A stretch of 47,175 bases of DNA from an uncultured Ruminococcus sp. (GCA_964483225.1 CAZABU010000003.1:1-47175), one strand, 5' to 3'; shown: positions 17,599 to 26,421, counted from the stretch's first letter. Numbers and translations: made by a program. Notes: generated by a model not told the origin, from the letters alone.

Positions 17599-17686
17599 AA
17601 TTTTACGCCTCGCGGGAAAAATAAATGCGGTCGGGCTCGCGGTCCGCGTAGCCCTGAAAAAAGAGTAATACCCGAGGAGGATAGCT

Positions 17687-17848
17687 ATGTTTCTCAAAAA
17701 AGCAAAAAAGCATCCATATATAGGTCTTGCCGTCTTTTCTCTTGCCGCCGCAGGAATGATAAATCTCACCAACAAGGCAAAGAAGTTTATGAAGACGCGC
17801 GTTGCGTGCATAAAAAATATGGTAGAAAAGAAAATGGGCGGCAACTGA
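17687..17848 (+). CDS. Small (53 aa) predicted single-pass membrane protein
   Basis: It is not in the ORF track (too short). A GAGGAGG RBS lies 6 nt upstream. The product is MFLKKAKKHPYIGLAVFSLAAAGMINLTNKAKKFMKTRVACIKNMVEKKMGGN. The ORF is bracketed by its own promoter-like element and a terminator. Confidence 0.45.
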   Translation: MFLKKAKKHPYIGLAVFSLAAAGMINLTNKAKKFMKTRVACIKNMVEKKMGGN

Positions 17849-17862
17849 CAAGCTTGCTTGAG

Positions 17863-17888
17863 GAGGGGCGTTTTGCCCCTCTTTTGTT
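17863..17888 (+). terminator. Rho-independent terminator after the small ORF
   Basis: The stem GAGGGGC-GTTTT-GCCCCTC is followed by TTTTGTT. The same hairpin lies just downstream of the convergent spoIIE stop. Confidence 0.7.
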
Positions 17889-17908
17889 ATCTTTTGTTTA
17901 CATAATCC

Positions 17909-20317
17909 CTATATTTTGACGATTTTCAGCGCAATAACGCTCATATCATCGCCGTTTTTTGACCGCGCCTTTGCCTCGGCGAGAATCAGCTCTGCCAGTT
18001 CGGAGAGCGGCCGTCTTACGGGCTTCGAGAGAAGCTCAAGGAGCCAGGTGACGTCCTCGCCGCTCTGACTTATGCCGTCGGAGATCATTATTACGTAGTC
18101 CTCGGGCTTGATCTCCACTCTTACGCGTTCGGTGTCAATGGTTCTCATAAGGCCTATGGGGGCGGTTTCCGAGCGTATGCGGAAAATCGAGCTGTCACGC
18201 TTAACGTAGGATATGGCGGCTCCGCTCTTTAGGAACATCGCGTCACCTCGTATCAGATCCAGCTCGAACAGGTCCACCGTAGCGGAGCATTCCTCTCGCC
18301 CTCGGCGCATACTGTAATTCAGAAGATGGAGCACAGTTTCCTTTGTGGCTCCGAAATCAAGAGCGCGAGTCAGGAATTTCGCGACAAACTCCGAGGCGCT
18401 CCTTGCGGCCTCGCCCCGTCCCATTCCGTCGGATACCAGGGCGTAGAAGCGGTGATCCGCCGTTTCAAAGGTACAGACCGTGTCCCCCGAAACCTCGCTG
18501 CTGTCGCCTGCCGCGGTGGCGGTGGCGTATTCCACGGCGTAGGAGCGGGCACTGTCACATTCCATCAGCGCGACGGTATCTCTGCGGAAAAATTCAGGGG
18601 TGGTGAGCTTGGTCTTCAGCATATTTTCGAGCTCGGATTTAAGCTGTCCCGATGTGATCCGCGTTCCGTCTGCGTCCTCACCCGCAAGTATAACGTGATG
18701 GCGCCTCTCACCGAATACCCGCACCGAGCTCTCTCCGGGGCCGTAGCGCTCCGTGATCTCTGAGGCCGCCTCGCTCAGGGTAGAGTTCTGCGCTCTTTCT
18801 GCATCGTCCTTGCTACGTGCCTCGCTTATGAGATTGGCGATCAGCTCGTATTCCTCTGCCGTTCCGTCGGCCTCAAGCCGGAGGTAACGCTCTCTTTCCG
18901 CCGCAGAGGCCGCGCTGTTGATCTCCTCGGCGATCATGTGTGCCTTGGCGCAAAATTCGGTGTCGGTGTTTATCTGCTCGGCAGAGAGCCTGCCGCCGGA
19001 GGCGAGAATATCTGCCAGCCGCTCGGCTCTCAGGGCGCAGGGGCGTATCTCCTCGCTCTCGCAAAGCCCCCGCTCGCCGCAGCTTTTACAGCTGTCCTCG
19101 GATACGCGACGGATGATCGCGGCGTAGTCCTCCTTGCCGAGCTCCGCGGAGGCGGGGCCGTGATTCCTGATGACCGATGCCAAAGAAACCAACGACACCT
19201 CCAGGCCGTCCAATGCGCCGACGTATCTGTTTTTATAGGCCAGAGCCATCGTGCCCACCATCTCTGTGGCGCTTTCCTTGACCGCCCGCGTCACCTCCTC
19301 CTTTTTAGATACCGGAAGCCCGCGCAGCAGAGGGGTGGCCAATGCCGCCGCCATCAGATATTCGGGCAGGGTAGCGAGGAAGCCGGACAGCCCTGAGCTG
19401 TAAGCACTCCAGGCCGAAAGCGCCATAACGCCGCCCAGCAGACCGTAGCCGATCCCGAACTCAAAAAGCAGTCCCGAAAGCAATCCTGCCAGCGCGAAGG
19501 ACACCGAGTAGACGCCACTGACGCCAAGGGAGGAAAGAAAGCCCGTGGCCAGCCCTCGCAGCGCACCGAAGCGCCGGGATACCAGAAGGGTAGCAAAGGA
19601 CACGAATATGTAAGACGCCGAGATACCGAAGACCTCGAGCTCTCCGAGAGAGAGGGCGGTAAAAAACAGCAGCATCAGCGCCGAGCCCTGGAAGAAAATT
19701 TTGTTCATTTTCTCTCCGTCGTCGGTGCCGGACAGAGAAAAGATCTCCTTTTTGGAGTGTAACAGCTCCTCAAGGCCTATCCCTGAGCCGAAAAGCCCCG
19801 AGAAGGCAAAGGTCAGAAGCGGAGGCAGAAGTATCATAGATATTCCGTAAAGAATACTCGTCTGGCCGAAGCCGGACAGCAACAGCTCGTAAACGCTGGC
19901 AACGAAGCCGCCTATGACCGCCGCCGACATCCGCAGCAGCAGATTTTCGCCAAACAGCGAGTCCTGCTCCCGTTTGCCTCCGCCTGAAATTATGACTCGT
20001 AAAAACAGAGTTATCGCGGATACGATGGCGTAAATAAGGCCGCCTGTGCCAAGCGTCAGCGCGCCTACAACACTGCCGATGGCCGCCGCCCAAACGTAGG
20101 CGGGGAGAACCGAGATCAGCGCAATACCTAACGGGTGTGCCCCGAAGACCACGTGGCATCTTGAGAACAGCAGCCCGAGCGCGATCACGGCAAGATCGAA
20201 TACCAGCGAGCCTCGGTTCTCCTCCCTGCGCCGTCTTTCCGTATCAATAATACCGCGGAAAAATCCGCCGTTCCTCTTTTCACGGTCGCTGTCCTGCTTG
20301 CTTGTAAGCTTGTCCAT
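17909..20317 (-). CDS. spoIIE: Stage II sporulation protein E (membrane PP2C phosphatase)
   Basis: About 10 N-terminal TM segments are followed by a C-terminal PP2C block: EVSGDTVCTFETADHRFYALVSDGMGRGEAARSAS...ATVDLFELDL...FLKSGAAISYV...VIMISDGI. I moved the start to the ATG at 20317 (MDKLTSKQ) behind an AAGGAG RBS. The track start at 20434 adds an implausible extension. Confidence 0.85.
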   Translation of the reverse strand: MDKLTSKQDSDREKRNGGFFRGIIDTERRRREENRGSLVFDLAVIALGLLFSRCHVVFGAHPLGIALISVLPAYVWAAAIGSVVGALTLGTGGLIYAIVSAITLFLRVIISGGGKREQDSLFGENLLLRMSAAVIGGFVASVYELLLSGFGQTSILYGISMILLPPLLTFAFSGLFGSGIGLEELLHSKKEIFSLSGTDDGEKMNKIFFQGSALMLLFFTALSLGELEVFGISASYIFVSFATLLVSRRFGALRGLATGFLSSLGVSGVYSVSFALAGLLSGLLFEFGIGYGLLGGVMALSAWSAYSSGLSGFLATLPEYLMAAALATPLLRGLPVSKKEEVTRAVKESATEMVGTMALAYKNRYVGALDGLEVSLVSLASVIRNHGPASAELGKEDYAAIIRRVSEDSCKSCGERGLCESEEIRPCALRAERLADILASGGRLSAEQINTDTEFCAKAHMIAEEINSAASAAERERYLRLEADGTAEEYELIANLISEARSKDDAERAQNSTLSEAASEITERYGPGESSVRVFGERRHHVILAGEDADGTRITSGQLKSELENMLKTKLTTPEFFRRDTVALMECDSARSYAVEYATATAAGDSSEVSGDTVCTFETADHRFYALVSDGMGRGEAARSASEFVAKFLTRALDFGATKETVLHLLNYSMRRGREECSATVDLFELDLIRGDAMFLKSGAAISYVKRDSSIFRIRSETAPIGLMRTIDTERVRVEIKPEDYVIMISDGISQSGEDVTWLLELLSKPVRRPLSELAELILAEAKARSKNGDDMSVIALKIVKI

Positions 20318-20373
20318 ATCGGTTGTTCTCCTTTTTTGAGCAATTTTTCTACACGTTTTATTGTATTCCACAG

Positions 20374-20406
20374 CTCGACAGAAAAAAGGCGAAAACCGCT
20401 GTCGAA
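20374..20406. promoter_or_regulatory. Two Spo0A-box-like heptamers upstream of spoIIE
   Basis: TGTCGAA is at 20400-20406 (+ strand). CTCGACA at 20374-20380 is TGTCGAG on the - strand. They lie 57-89 nt upstream of the spoIIE start codon. A candidate -10 (TACAAT, - strand, 20365-20360) lacks a good -35. Confidence 0.4.
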
Positions 20407-20559
20407 GGGGATAATTGTAAACTATAATTTGCAAAATCTTGGATTTTACAGTCTAAAAAGAGAAATGCCCGCTACAAAAATGAAGAAAAATGCGACATTT
20501 TAATGAATAACCGACGCCGTTTTGCCACCCCCCTTTTTTAAGATTAGTTTTTTATCCCC

Positions 20560-20588
20560 TTGAAATTGCGAAAAGTTTATGATATACT
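20560..20588 (+). promoter_or_regulatory. Sigma-A promoter (TTGAAA-17-TGaTATACT) for the two-component operon
   Basis: TTGAAA is at 20560-20565 and TATACT at 20583-20588, with a TGa extension. It lies about 60 nt upstream of the ATG at 20650. Confidence 0.6.
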
Positions 20589-20649
20589 ATTACTTGAAAA
20601 TATTTATTTTTTGCACACCGCGCAGGTGCGCACACAAAGGAGAAAGAAA

Positions 20650-21342
20650 ATGAGAATACTTGTAGTTGATGATGAGCTTGAGATCCGTAACGTGCTCCGT
20701 CTGTTGCTTGAGAAGGCGTCCCATACCGTTCTCGAGGCGGCTAACGGTGCCGAGGCCGTTGAGATACTCCGCGCGGATACTGCCGTCGATCTTTGTATTA
20801 TGGACGTTATGATGCCCGTTATGACCGGCGTTGAGGCTACCGCTACAATTCGTACCTTCTCCGCCGTGCCTATCCTGTTCCTTACGGCAAAGTCCCTGGA
20901 GGGTGATAAGGAGATCGCCTACTCCTCCGGCGGCGACGATTATCTTGTAAAGCCCTTCTCCTCGGGCGAGCTTCTGATGAAGGTGGAGGCGCTTACCAGA
21001 AGATATAACAGCTACAGCGTCAAGCGCGTGGGCACCGGCGAGGTCATTCACCTCTGGGGCGGCGTTACCGTCGTTCCCGAAACCCGCGAGGTCATCAAGA
21101 ACGGTGTGCCCGTTGACGTGCGTGACAAGGAGCTTGAGATACTTATATATCTTGCCAGAAACCGCGGCAGAGTTATAAGCCCCGGTGAGCTTTACGAGCA
21201 GGTGTGGGGCGAGATGCCTCTGCGCTCCTCGGGTAACACCGTTACGGTACATATGCTTAATCTGCGCAGAAAGCTTGAGGACGATCCCTCCTCGCCGAAG
21301 CTGATCCGTACCGTTTGGGGAAAGGGCTACAGTATTGATTAA
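20650..21342 (+). CDS. OmpR/PhoB-family response regulator
   Basis: The receiver domain starts MRILVVDDELEIRNVL, has the phospho-acceptor context CIMDVMMP and a conserved K in LVKPF. The C-terminal winged helix reads LIRTVWGKGYSI. I moved the start to the ATG at 20650 behind an AAAGGAGAAAG RBS. Confidence 0.9.
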   Translation: MRILVVDDELEIRNVLRLLLEKASHTVLEAANGAEAVEILRADTAVDLCIMDVMMPVMTGVEATATIRTFSAVPILFLTAKSLEGDKEIAYSSGGDDYLVKPFSSGELLMKVEALTRRYNSYSVKRVGTGEVIHLWGGVTVVPETREVIKNGVPVDVRDKELEILIYLARNRGRVISPGELYEQVWGEMPLRSSGNTVTVHMLNLRRKLEDDPSSPKLIRTVWGKGYSID

Positions 21343-22780
21343 ACGTTGGCTTGAGCGTCTTTACGACAAGCTCCCCTTCACCTTCGGGCGCAGGTATATC
21401 TCTCTGTACGTCGGTATGGTCCTCGCCACCGTTATGGGGATCGTGGCGGGAACGGCGGTCTATGTCATCGGACGGCTCGTTTCCTATCAGATAATAGATA
21501 CGGTATATGCCACTCCCGAGCACCGGCGGGCGCGGACGGAGGCTTATATCGGCGAGCTGCAGACGTATATAGACGTAGAGGAGCTTTCCTTCCGTGATAC
21601 CGACAGTATCGGCGACTGGGTCGAGAAAAAGGGCTATACGTACCTGACTCTTTATAAGGACGGCAGCCTTTATTTCAGCACCGACATCGGTTATACTGAC
21701 AGGGCCGCCGCGACGGAGCCGCCCTTACCCTCGGACGGCGGTACGCTTGCGGAATATGCGGCGCAGACGGGGCTTTACGTCCTTGAATTCCGCGACGGAG
21801 CTCTGCTTGCATCTATATCCGAGTTTACCGAGATGCTTTATTACGATCTGGGCAACGGAATCAGCCTTGTGGCTGCCATGCTGGCTATGTCCACTATCAT
21901 CATAGGCTATCTGCGCCTGATAATCGTCAGAATAAAGAGACTGGGCAGTGACGTTACCGTCGTTGCCTACGGTGACAACAGCCACAGCATCGAGGTCGAG
22001 GGCTACGACGATATATCGAAGCTGGCCTCCGAGGTTGAGCTTATGCGCCAGAATATGCTGGATAACATCAGCAAGGAGCGAAAGGCCAGGGACGCAAACA
22101 CCGACCTTATCACCTCTATGTCCCACGATATAAGGACACCCTTGACGGTCATACTCGGTTATCTTGATATGATGAAAAACGAGCTCCCGCCGGAGCAGAT
22201 GGCGTCCTACGTCGATTCCTGCGAGAAGACGGCGCTGAGGCTCAAAAACCTCTCGGACGATATGTTCAGATACTTCCTCGCCTTCGGAAACACGGGCGAC
22301 GGAATATCGCTTGAGGAATACGATGCGCAGACCCTGCTGGAGCAGCTCCTGACCGAGCATCTTCTCCTGCTTTCCGAGAGCGGTTATATAACCGACGTGG
22401 AAGAGGAGGACGATCTTCTGGAGGAGGGTACCACCATCGTCACAGACCCTCCGAATCTTATGCGCATCATCGACAATATTTTTTCCAATTTCTACAAATA
22501 CGCAGATAAGGAGCATCCCGTATCGCTCCACCTCTCCAAGCTCGGTGACGTTCTGGTGCTGAAGTTCACCAACCGTATCAAGACCGATTCCACAGGCGTG
22601 GAGAGCAATAAAATAGGACTCAAGTCGTGCGCAAGGCTGGCAGAATTCCTCACCGAGGGATTTGAGTATAAGGCGGAGGACGGTGTCTATTCCACGAGAA
22701 TGGCCCTGAAGATAATTCCGCCCCAGAAGAACAGCACCAGAGTCGCGATACCCGGTGAGGAGATCTATGATCAGCTTTAA
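21335..22780 (+). CDS. Sensor histidine kinase (2 TM segments plus a periplasmic-type loop)
   Basis: The H-box is SMSHDIRTPLTVILGYLDMM and the N-box is IIDNIFSNFYKYA. The TTG start overlaps the regulator stop by 8 nt. Confidence 0.85.
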   Translation: MIKRWLERLYDKLPFTFGRRYISLYVGMVLATVMGIVAGTAVYVIGRLVSYQIIDTVYATPEHRRARTEAYIGELQTYIDVEELSFRDTDSIGDWVEKKGYTYLTLYKDGSLYFSTDIGYTDRAAATEPPLPSDGGTLAEYAAQTGLYVLEFRDGALLASISEFTEMLYYDLGNGISLVAAMLAMSTIIIGYLRLIIVRIKRLGSDVTVVAYGDNSHSIEVEGYDDISKLASEVELMRQNMLDNISKERKARDANTDLITSMSHDIRTPLTVILGYLDMMKNELPPEQMASYVDSCEKTALRLKNLSDDMFRYFLAFGNTGDGISLEEYDAQTLLEQLLTEHLLLLSESGYITDVEEEDDLLEEGTTIVTDPPNLMRIIDNIFSNFYKYADKEHPVSLHLSKLGDVLVLKFTNRIKTDSTGVESNKIGLKSCARLAEFLTEGFEYKAEDGVYSTRMALKIIPPQKNSTRVAIPGEEIYDQL

Positions 22781-23684
22781 GGAATTTTCCCCCGACAACA
22801 GAGTTGAGGTTGCCGAGCACCTCCTGTCCCTGCTGCCTGAGGCCGCTGAGGATATTACCGCGGTGGTTGAGAGCTGCCTGCAGATGGCCGAGGATAACCC
22901 CGACGTGGAGCTTGCCCTCTGTATATCAAACGGTTGCGCGCTCGTGCGTATCTTTGAGCTCGGCAGATATTATTTCGCATATCCGATCGCCCTTATTGAC
23001 GGCGCCGACGGCTACGGTGCTCTTGAGGAGCTTCGAGCATATTCGGTGAAGGAGGAGGTGCCTCTGGTGCTGGTTGACGTGCCGAGGGAGGAGCTCCTCT
23101 CTGCCGTGGGCTACTTCAGACACACCTCGGTGGATATGAGCGACGCGGAGGGAGAATGCTTCCGCGTGACGGCACAGAGTGAGGCCTCGCTCCTCTCGGA
23201 GCTGCCTCTGCCCTCGGTGGCCGCCGTAACCCTTTCGCCTCTGCTCGACGAGCATACCGAGCCCTACGCCGCTCTTTGCCGCGACAGCGAGGTCAACAAA
23301 TATTGGGGCTACGACTTCCGCGGGGATGCGCCCGACGCCGAGGACGGATATTTCATACGCTCGGCGCGTATGGAGCTTGCCCGCGGAGTCAGCGTCACCT
23401 ACGCCGCAACCGAGAAGAATAACTTCGTCGGCGAGGCGGTGATATACGCCTTCGACCTGCTCGGCGGCGCAGAGATAGCCTTCAGGCTTCTGCCCGAGTG
23501 GCAGGGAAAGGGCCTTGGCAGAGCCACCCTTGAGGCTCTTATCGAGGCGGGACGCGCTATGGGGCTCCTTCGCCTTTATGCCACCGTCCACGGGGAGAAC
23601 GTCCCCTCGCTGAAGCTCCTCTCCCACTATGCGGAGGGCGAAATGGGCGAGGACGGAAGAGTTCATTTTGTTATAGAGCTATAA
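22767..23684 (+). CDS. GNAT-family N-acetyltransferase with an extra N-terminal domain
   Basis: The C-terminal half has the acetyl-CoA motif LLPEWQGKGLGRATLEALI...LYATVHGENVPSLKLL. The ATG at 22767 lies behind a GGTGAGGAG RBS and overlaps the kinase stop by 14 nt. Confidence 0.75.
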   Translation: MISFKEFSPDNRVEVAEHLLSLLPEAAEDITAVVESCLQMAEDNPDVELALCISNGCALVRIFELGRYYFAYPIALIDGADGYGALEELRAYSVKEEVPLVLVDVPREELLSAVGYFRHTSVDMSDAEGECFRVTAQSEASLLSELPLPSVAAVTLSPLLDEHTEPYAALCRDSEVNKYWGYDFRGDAPDAEDGYFIRSARMELARGVSVTYAATEKNNFVGEAVIYAFDLLGGAEIAFRLLPEWQGKGLGRATLEALIEAGRAMGLLRLYATVHGENVPSLKLLSHYAEGEMGEDGRVHFVIEL

Positions 23685-23743
23685 CCGTAAATTTTTGCGG
23701 TTTTAACATTGTTTGACAACTAAAGTTTACGAAAGGGGAGTGT

Positions 23744-26326
23744 ATGAAGAAAGCTACGGTCGGAATCCTCGCCCACGTTGACGCGGGAAAGACCACCTTG
23801 TCCGAGGCGCTTCTCTATTGCTCGGGAACGCTGGGAGCCCTCGGCAGGGTGGATAAGCGGGATACCTATCTTGACACCCATCCGATTGAGCGTGAGCGGG
23901 GAATCACCATTTTCTCAAAGCAGGCGATCCTCGAGCTGCCGAGCGTGTCCGTAACTCTGATAGACACTCCCGGTCACGTGGATTTCTCCTGCGAGGCGGA
24001 GCGGGCTCTCGGAATACAGGACTATGCAATTCTTATCGTGAATGCGGCGGACGGAGTTACCGCCCATACGAAGACTCTCTGGCATCTGCTGGTCGCAAAG
24101 AGCGTACCCACCTTTATCTTCGTAAACAAGACGGATATCTCGGAGCGGCGAAGGCCTCACCTGCTGGAGGAGCTGCGGTGTATGCTCTCCCCTCATTGTG
24201 TGGATTTCACCGATCAGAGCGGGGAGGAATTCCTTGAGTCGGTTGCCGCCTGTGACGAGCGGCTGATGGAGGAATTTTTCGAGAGCGACAGCCTCTCCGA
24301 GGCGAGCATCGCCGCGGCTATTGCCGCACGCAAGGTGTTCCCCTGCCTTTTCGGCTCTGCCCTGAAGCTGCGCGGCGTACCGGAGCTCATCAGCCTGCTG
24401 GATAAATATGTGATCCCGAAAAAATACTCCGATAGCATTTTCGGAGCAAAAATATATAAAATTTCAAGAGATCCGAAGGGTAAGCGGCTCAGCTACGCAA
24501 AGATCACCGGCGCCGCCGTAAGACCCAAGGATACCGTGACTTATCGCACTCCCTCGGGTGAGCTTGTCACCGAGAAGGTGGAGGAGATAAGGATCTACTC
24601 CGGCGATAAGTACAAGAGTGCCTCGGCTGCAGAGGCCGGTACGGTCTGCGCCCTGCTGGGACTCACCGCTACGGCGGCGGGTATGGGACTCGGTGCCGAG
24701 CTTTCCGACGAGCACACCCTGACCCCCGTCCTCGGCTACCGTATGCTTCTGCCGAGGGATGCAAACCCCTATGAAACCTATATGCGCCTGATGGTGCTTA
24801 CCGAGGAGGAACCCTCTCTTGGTATGACCTACGACCCCGCGACCCACGAGCTGCGCGTGCGGCTTATGGGCGAGATACAGACCGAGGTGCTGACCAAGAT
24901 GATCGCCGAGCGCTTCGGCCTTGAGGTGGGCTTCGACGAGGGCGCTATCCTCTATAAGGAAACCGTTGCCGAAAGCGTGCAGGGCGCCGGTCATTTCGAG
25001 CCCCTGCGCCATTATTCAGAGGTTCATCTGCGCATCGACCCTCTGCCCGAGGGTAGCGGCGTCGTGGCCGCAACAGAATGTCCCACCGATACCCTTGCCC
25101 TCAATTGGCAGAGGCTGGTGCTGACCCATATCGAGGAGCGCACCCATCGCGGCGTGCTTACCGGCGCCCCTCTTACCGACGTCAGAATAACTCTGACGGC
25201 AGGGCGTGCGCATCTGAAGCATACCGAGGGCGGCGATTTCAGACAGGCGACCTACCGGGCGATAAGGCAGGGACTTATGAAGGCCGAGAGCATTCTCCTT
25301 GAGCCCACCTTTGATTTCAAAATCGACGTGCCGAGCGAATACCTCGGCAGAGTGATGAACGATATTACCAATATGCACGGCGCTACCGCGCCCCCCGAGC
25401 TTCTTGACGATAGGGCTGTGCTGAGCGGCAGCTGTCCCGTGTTTACTATGCGCTCCTATCCGTCGACCCTTCGCGCCTTTACCCGAGGCGAGGGGCGGAT
25501 AGCGATGACCGTCGGGGCTTACGCCCCCTGTCACAACAGCGAGCAGGTGATCGCCGAGTCGGGCTATGATCCGAGCCTTGACGAGCGCAACCCTGCAGGC
25601 TCGGTGTTCTGCAAGGGCGGCTCGGGCTACGCCGTCCCCTGGGACGAGGCCGATGCCCTTATGCATCTGACTCCCACCGGTGCGCCCGCAACCGACGAGC
25701 CCCCTGCCGAGGCCGCCCGTGTGGCAAGGACTCGGAGCTATCGCGGCACCGTGGAGGAGGACAAGGAGCTTATGCGCATCTTCGAGAGCACCTACGGCAA
25801 GATAAAGCCAAGACGGGTGAGCGAGAGGGTGGAGAACGCCGCTCCTGCGGCAAAGACACAAAGGCCGAAAAAACCGACTCCGCGAGGCGAGGATTACGTC
25901 ATCGTGGACGGCTACAACTTTATCTTCGGCTGTGACGAGCTTCGGGGAGAGGGTGAGCGCGACCTTGGCCGTGCCCGTGATATGCTGGTGCGGGCGATGT
26001 GCGATTATACCGCCTTTACAAAGTGCCGCGCAATCGTCGTCTTTGATGCCTATAAGCGTGAGGGTGGTGAGGGTAGCGTTGAGCATATAGGCGGTGTCCG
26101 CGTGGTCTACACAAAGGAAAAGCAGACCGCCGACGCCTATATTGAAAAGGCTACCTACGATATGTCGGGGGAGCACACCGTCAGGGTCGTGACCTCGGAT
26201 ATGCAGGAGCAGCTGGTGGTGCTCGGCAGCGGAGGCCTGCGAGTCAGCGCCAAGGAATTTATGCGCGAGCTTTCGGATACCGCCGCCTTGATCGGAGAAA
26301 CCGCGGAGCGGCTATCCCGGGGCTGA
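23744..26326 (+). CDS. Tet(M)/EF-G-family translational GTPase fused to a C-terminal Rae1/YacP-type NYN ribonuclease domain
   Basis: G1 is AHVDAGKT, G2 is RGITI, G3 is DTPGH and G4 is NKTD. The length and collinearity fit a five-domain Tet(M)/EF-G factor up to about aa 642. A Pro/Lys/Arg-rich linker follows. Residues ~716-860 read IVDGYNFIF...AIVVFDAY...VVYTKEKQTADAYIEK...VVTSDMQEQ...LRVSAKEF, which are the YacP/Rae1 signature blocks. Confidence 0.85.
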   Translation: MKKATVGILAHVDAGKTTLSEALLYCSGTLGALGRVDKRDTYLDTHPIERERGITIFSKQAILELPSVSVTLIDTPGHVDFSCEAERALGIQDYAILIVNAADGVTAHTKTLWHLLVAKSVPTFIFVNKTDISERRRPHLLEELRCMLSPHCVDFTDQSGEEFLESVAACDERLMEEFFESDSLSEASIAAAIAARKVFPCLFGSALKLRGVPELISLLDKYVIPKKYSDSIFGAKIYKISRDPKGKRLSYAKITGAAVRPKDTVTYRTPSGELVTEKVEEIRIYSGDKYKSASAAEAGTVCALLGLTATAAGMGLGAELSDEHTLTPVLGYRMLLPRDANPYETYMRLMVLTEEEPSLGMTYDPATHELRVRLMGEIQTEVLTKMIAERFGLEVGFDEGAILYKETVAESVQGAGHFEPLRHYSEVHLRIDPLPEGSGVVAATECPTDTLALNWQRLVLTHIEERTHRGVLTGAPLTDVRITLTAGRAHLKHTEGGDFRQATYRAIRQGLMKAESILLEPTFDFKIDVPSEYLGRVMNDITNMHGATAPPELLDDRAVLSGSCPVFTMRSYPSTLRAFTRGEGRIAMTVGAYAPCHNSEQVIAESGYDPSLDERNPAGSVFCKGGSGYAVPWDEADALMHLTPTGAPATDEPPAEAARVARTRSYRGTVEEDKELMRIFESTYGKIKPRRVSERVENAAPAAKTQRPKKPTPRGEDYVIVDGYNFIFGCDELRGEGERDLGRARDMLVRAMCDYTAFTKCRAIVVFDAYKREGGEGSVEHIGGVRVVYTKEKQTADAYIEKATYDMSGEHTVRVVTSDMQEQLVVLGSGGLRVSAKEFMRELSDTAALIGETAERLSRG

Positions 26327-26392
26327 TACCCACGCTTTTATTTCGCGAGTGAAAATTAACCGTTTCTTAACTGTTTGGAAACAGGTACATTG

Positions 26393-26421
26393 TTGCTTTT
26401 CGTTTGCATATATGATACAAT
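26393..26421 (+). promoter_or_regulatory. Sigma-A promoter (TTGCTT-17-TGaTACAAT) for the DUF1538 operon
   Basis: TTGCTT is at 26393-26398 and TACAAT at 26416-26421, with a TGa extension. It lies about 58 nt upstream of the TTG start at 26479. Confidence 0.55.

Noticed and set aside
23744-25670. I considered calling the GTPase portion a tetracycline ribosomal-protection resistance gene, tet(M) or tet(O).
   Set aside because: The similarity is at family level only, judged by eye. Many Clostridia carry non-resistance Tet(M)-like paralogs. There is no mobile-element context, and the C-terminal nuclease fusion argues for a different role. A resistance call would need identity to known tet alleles.
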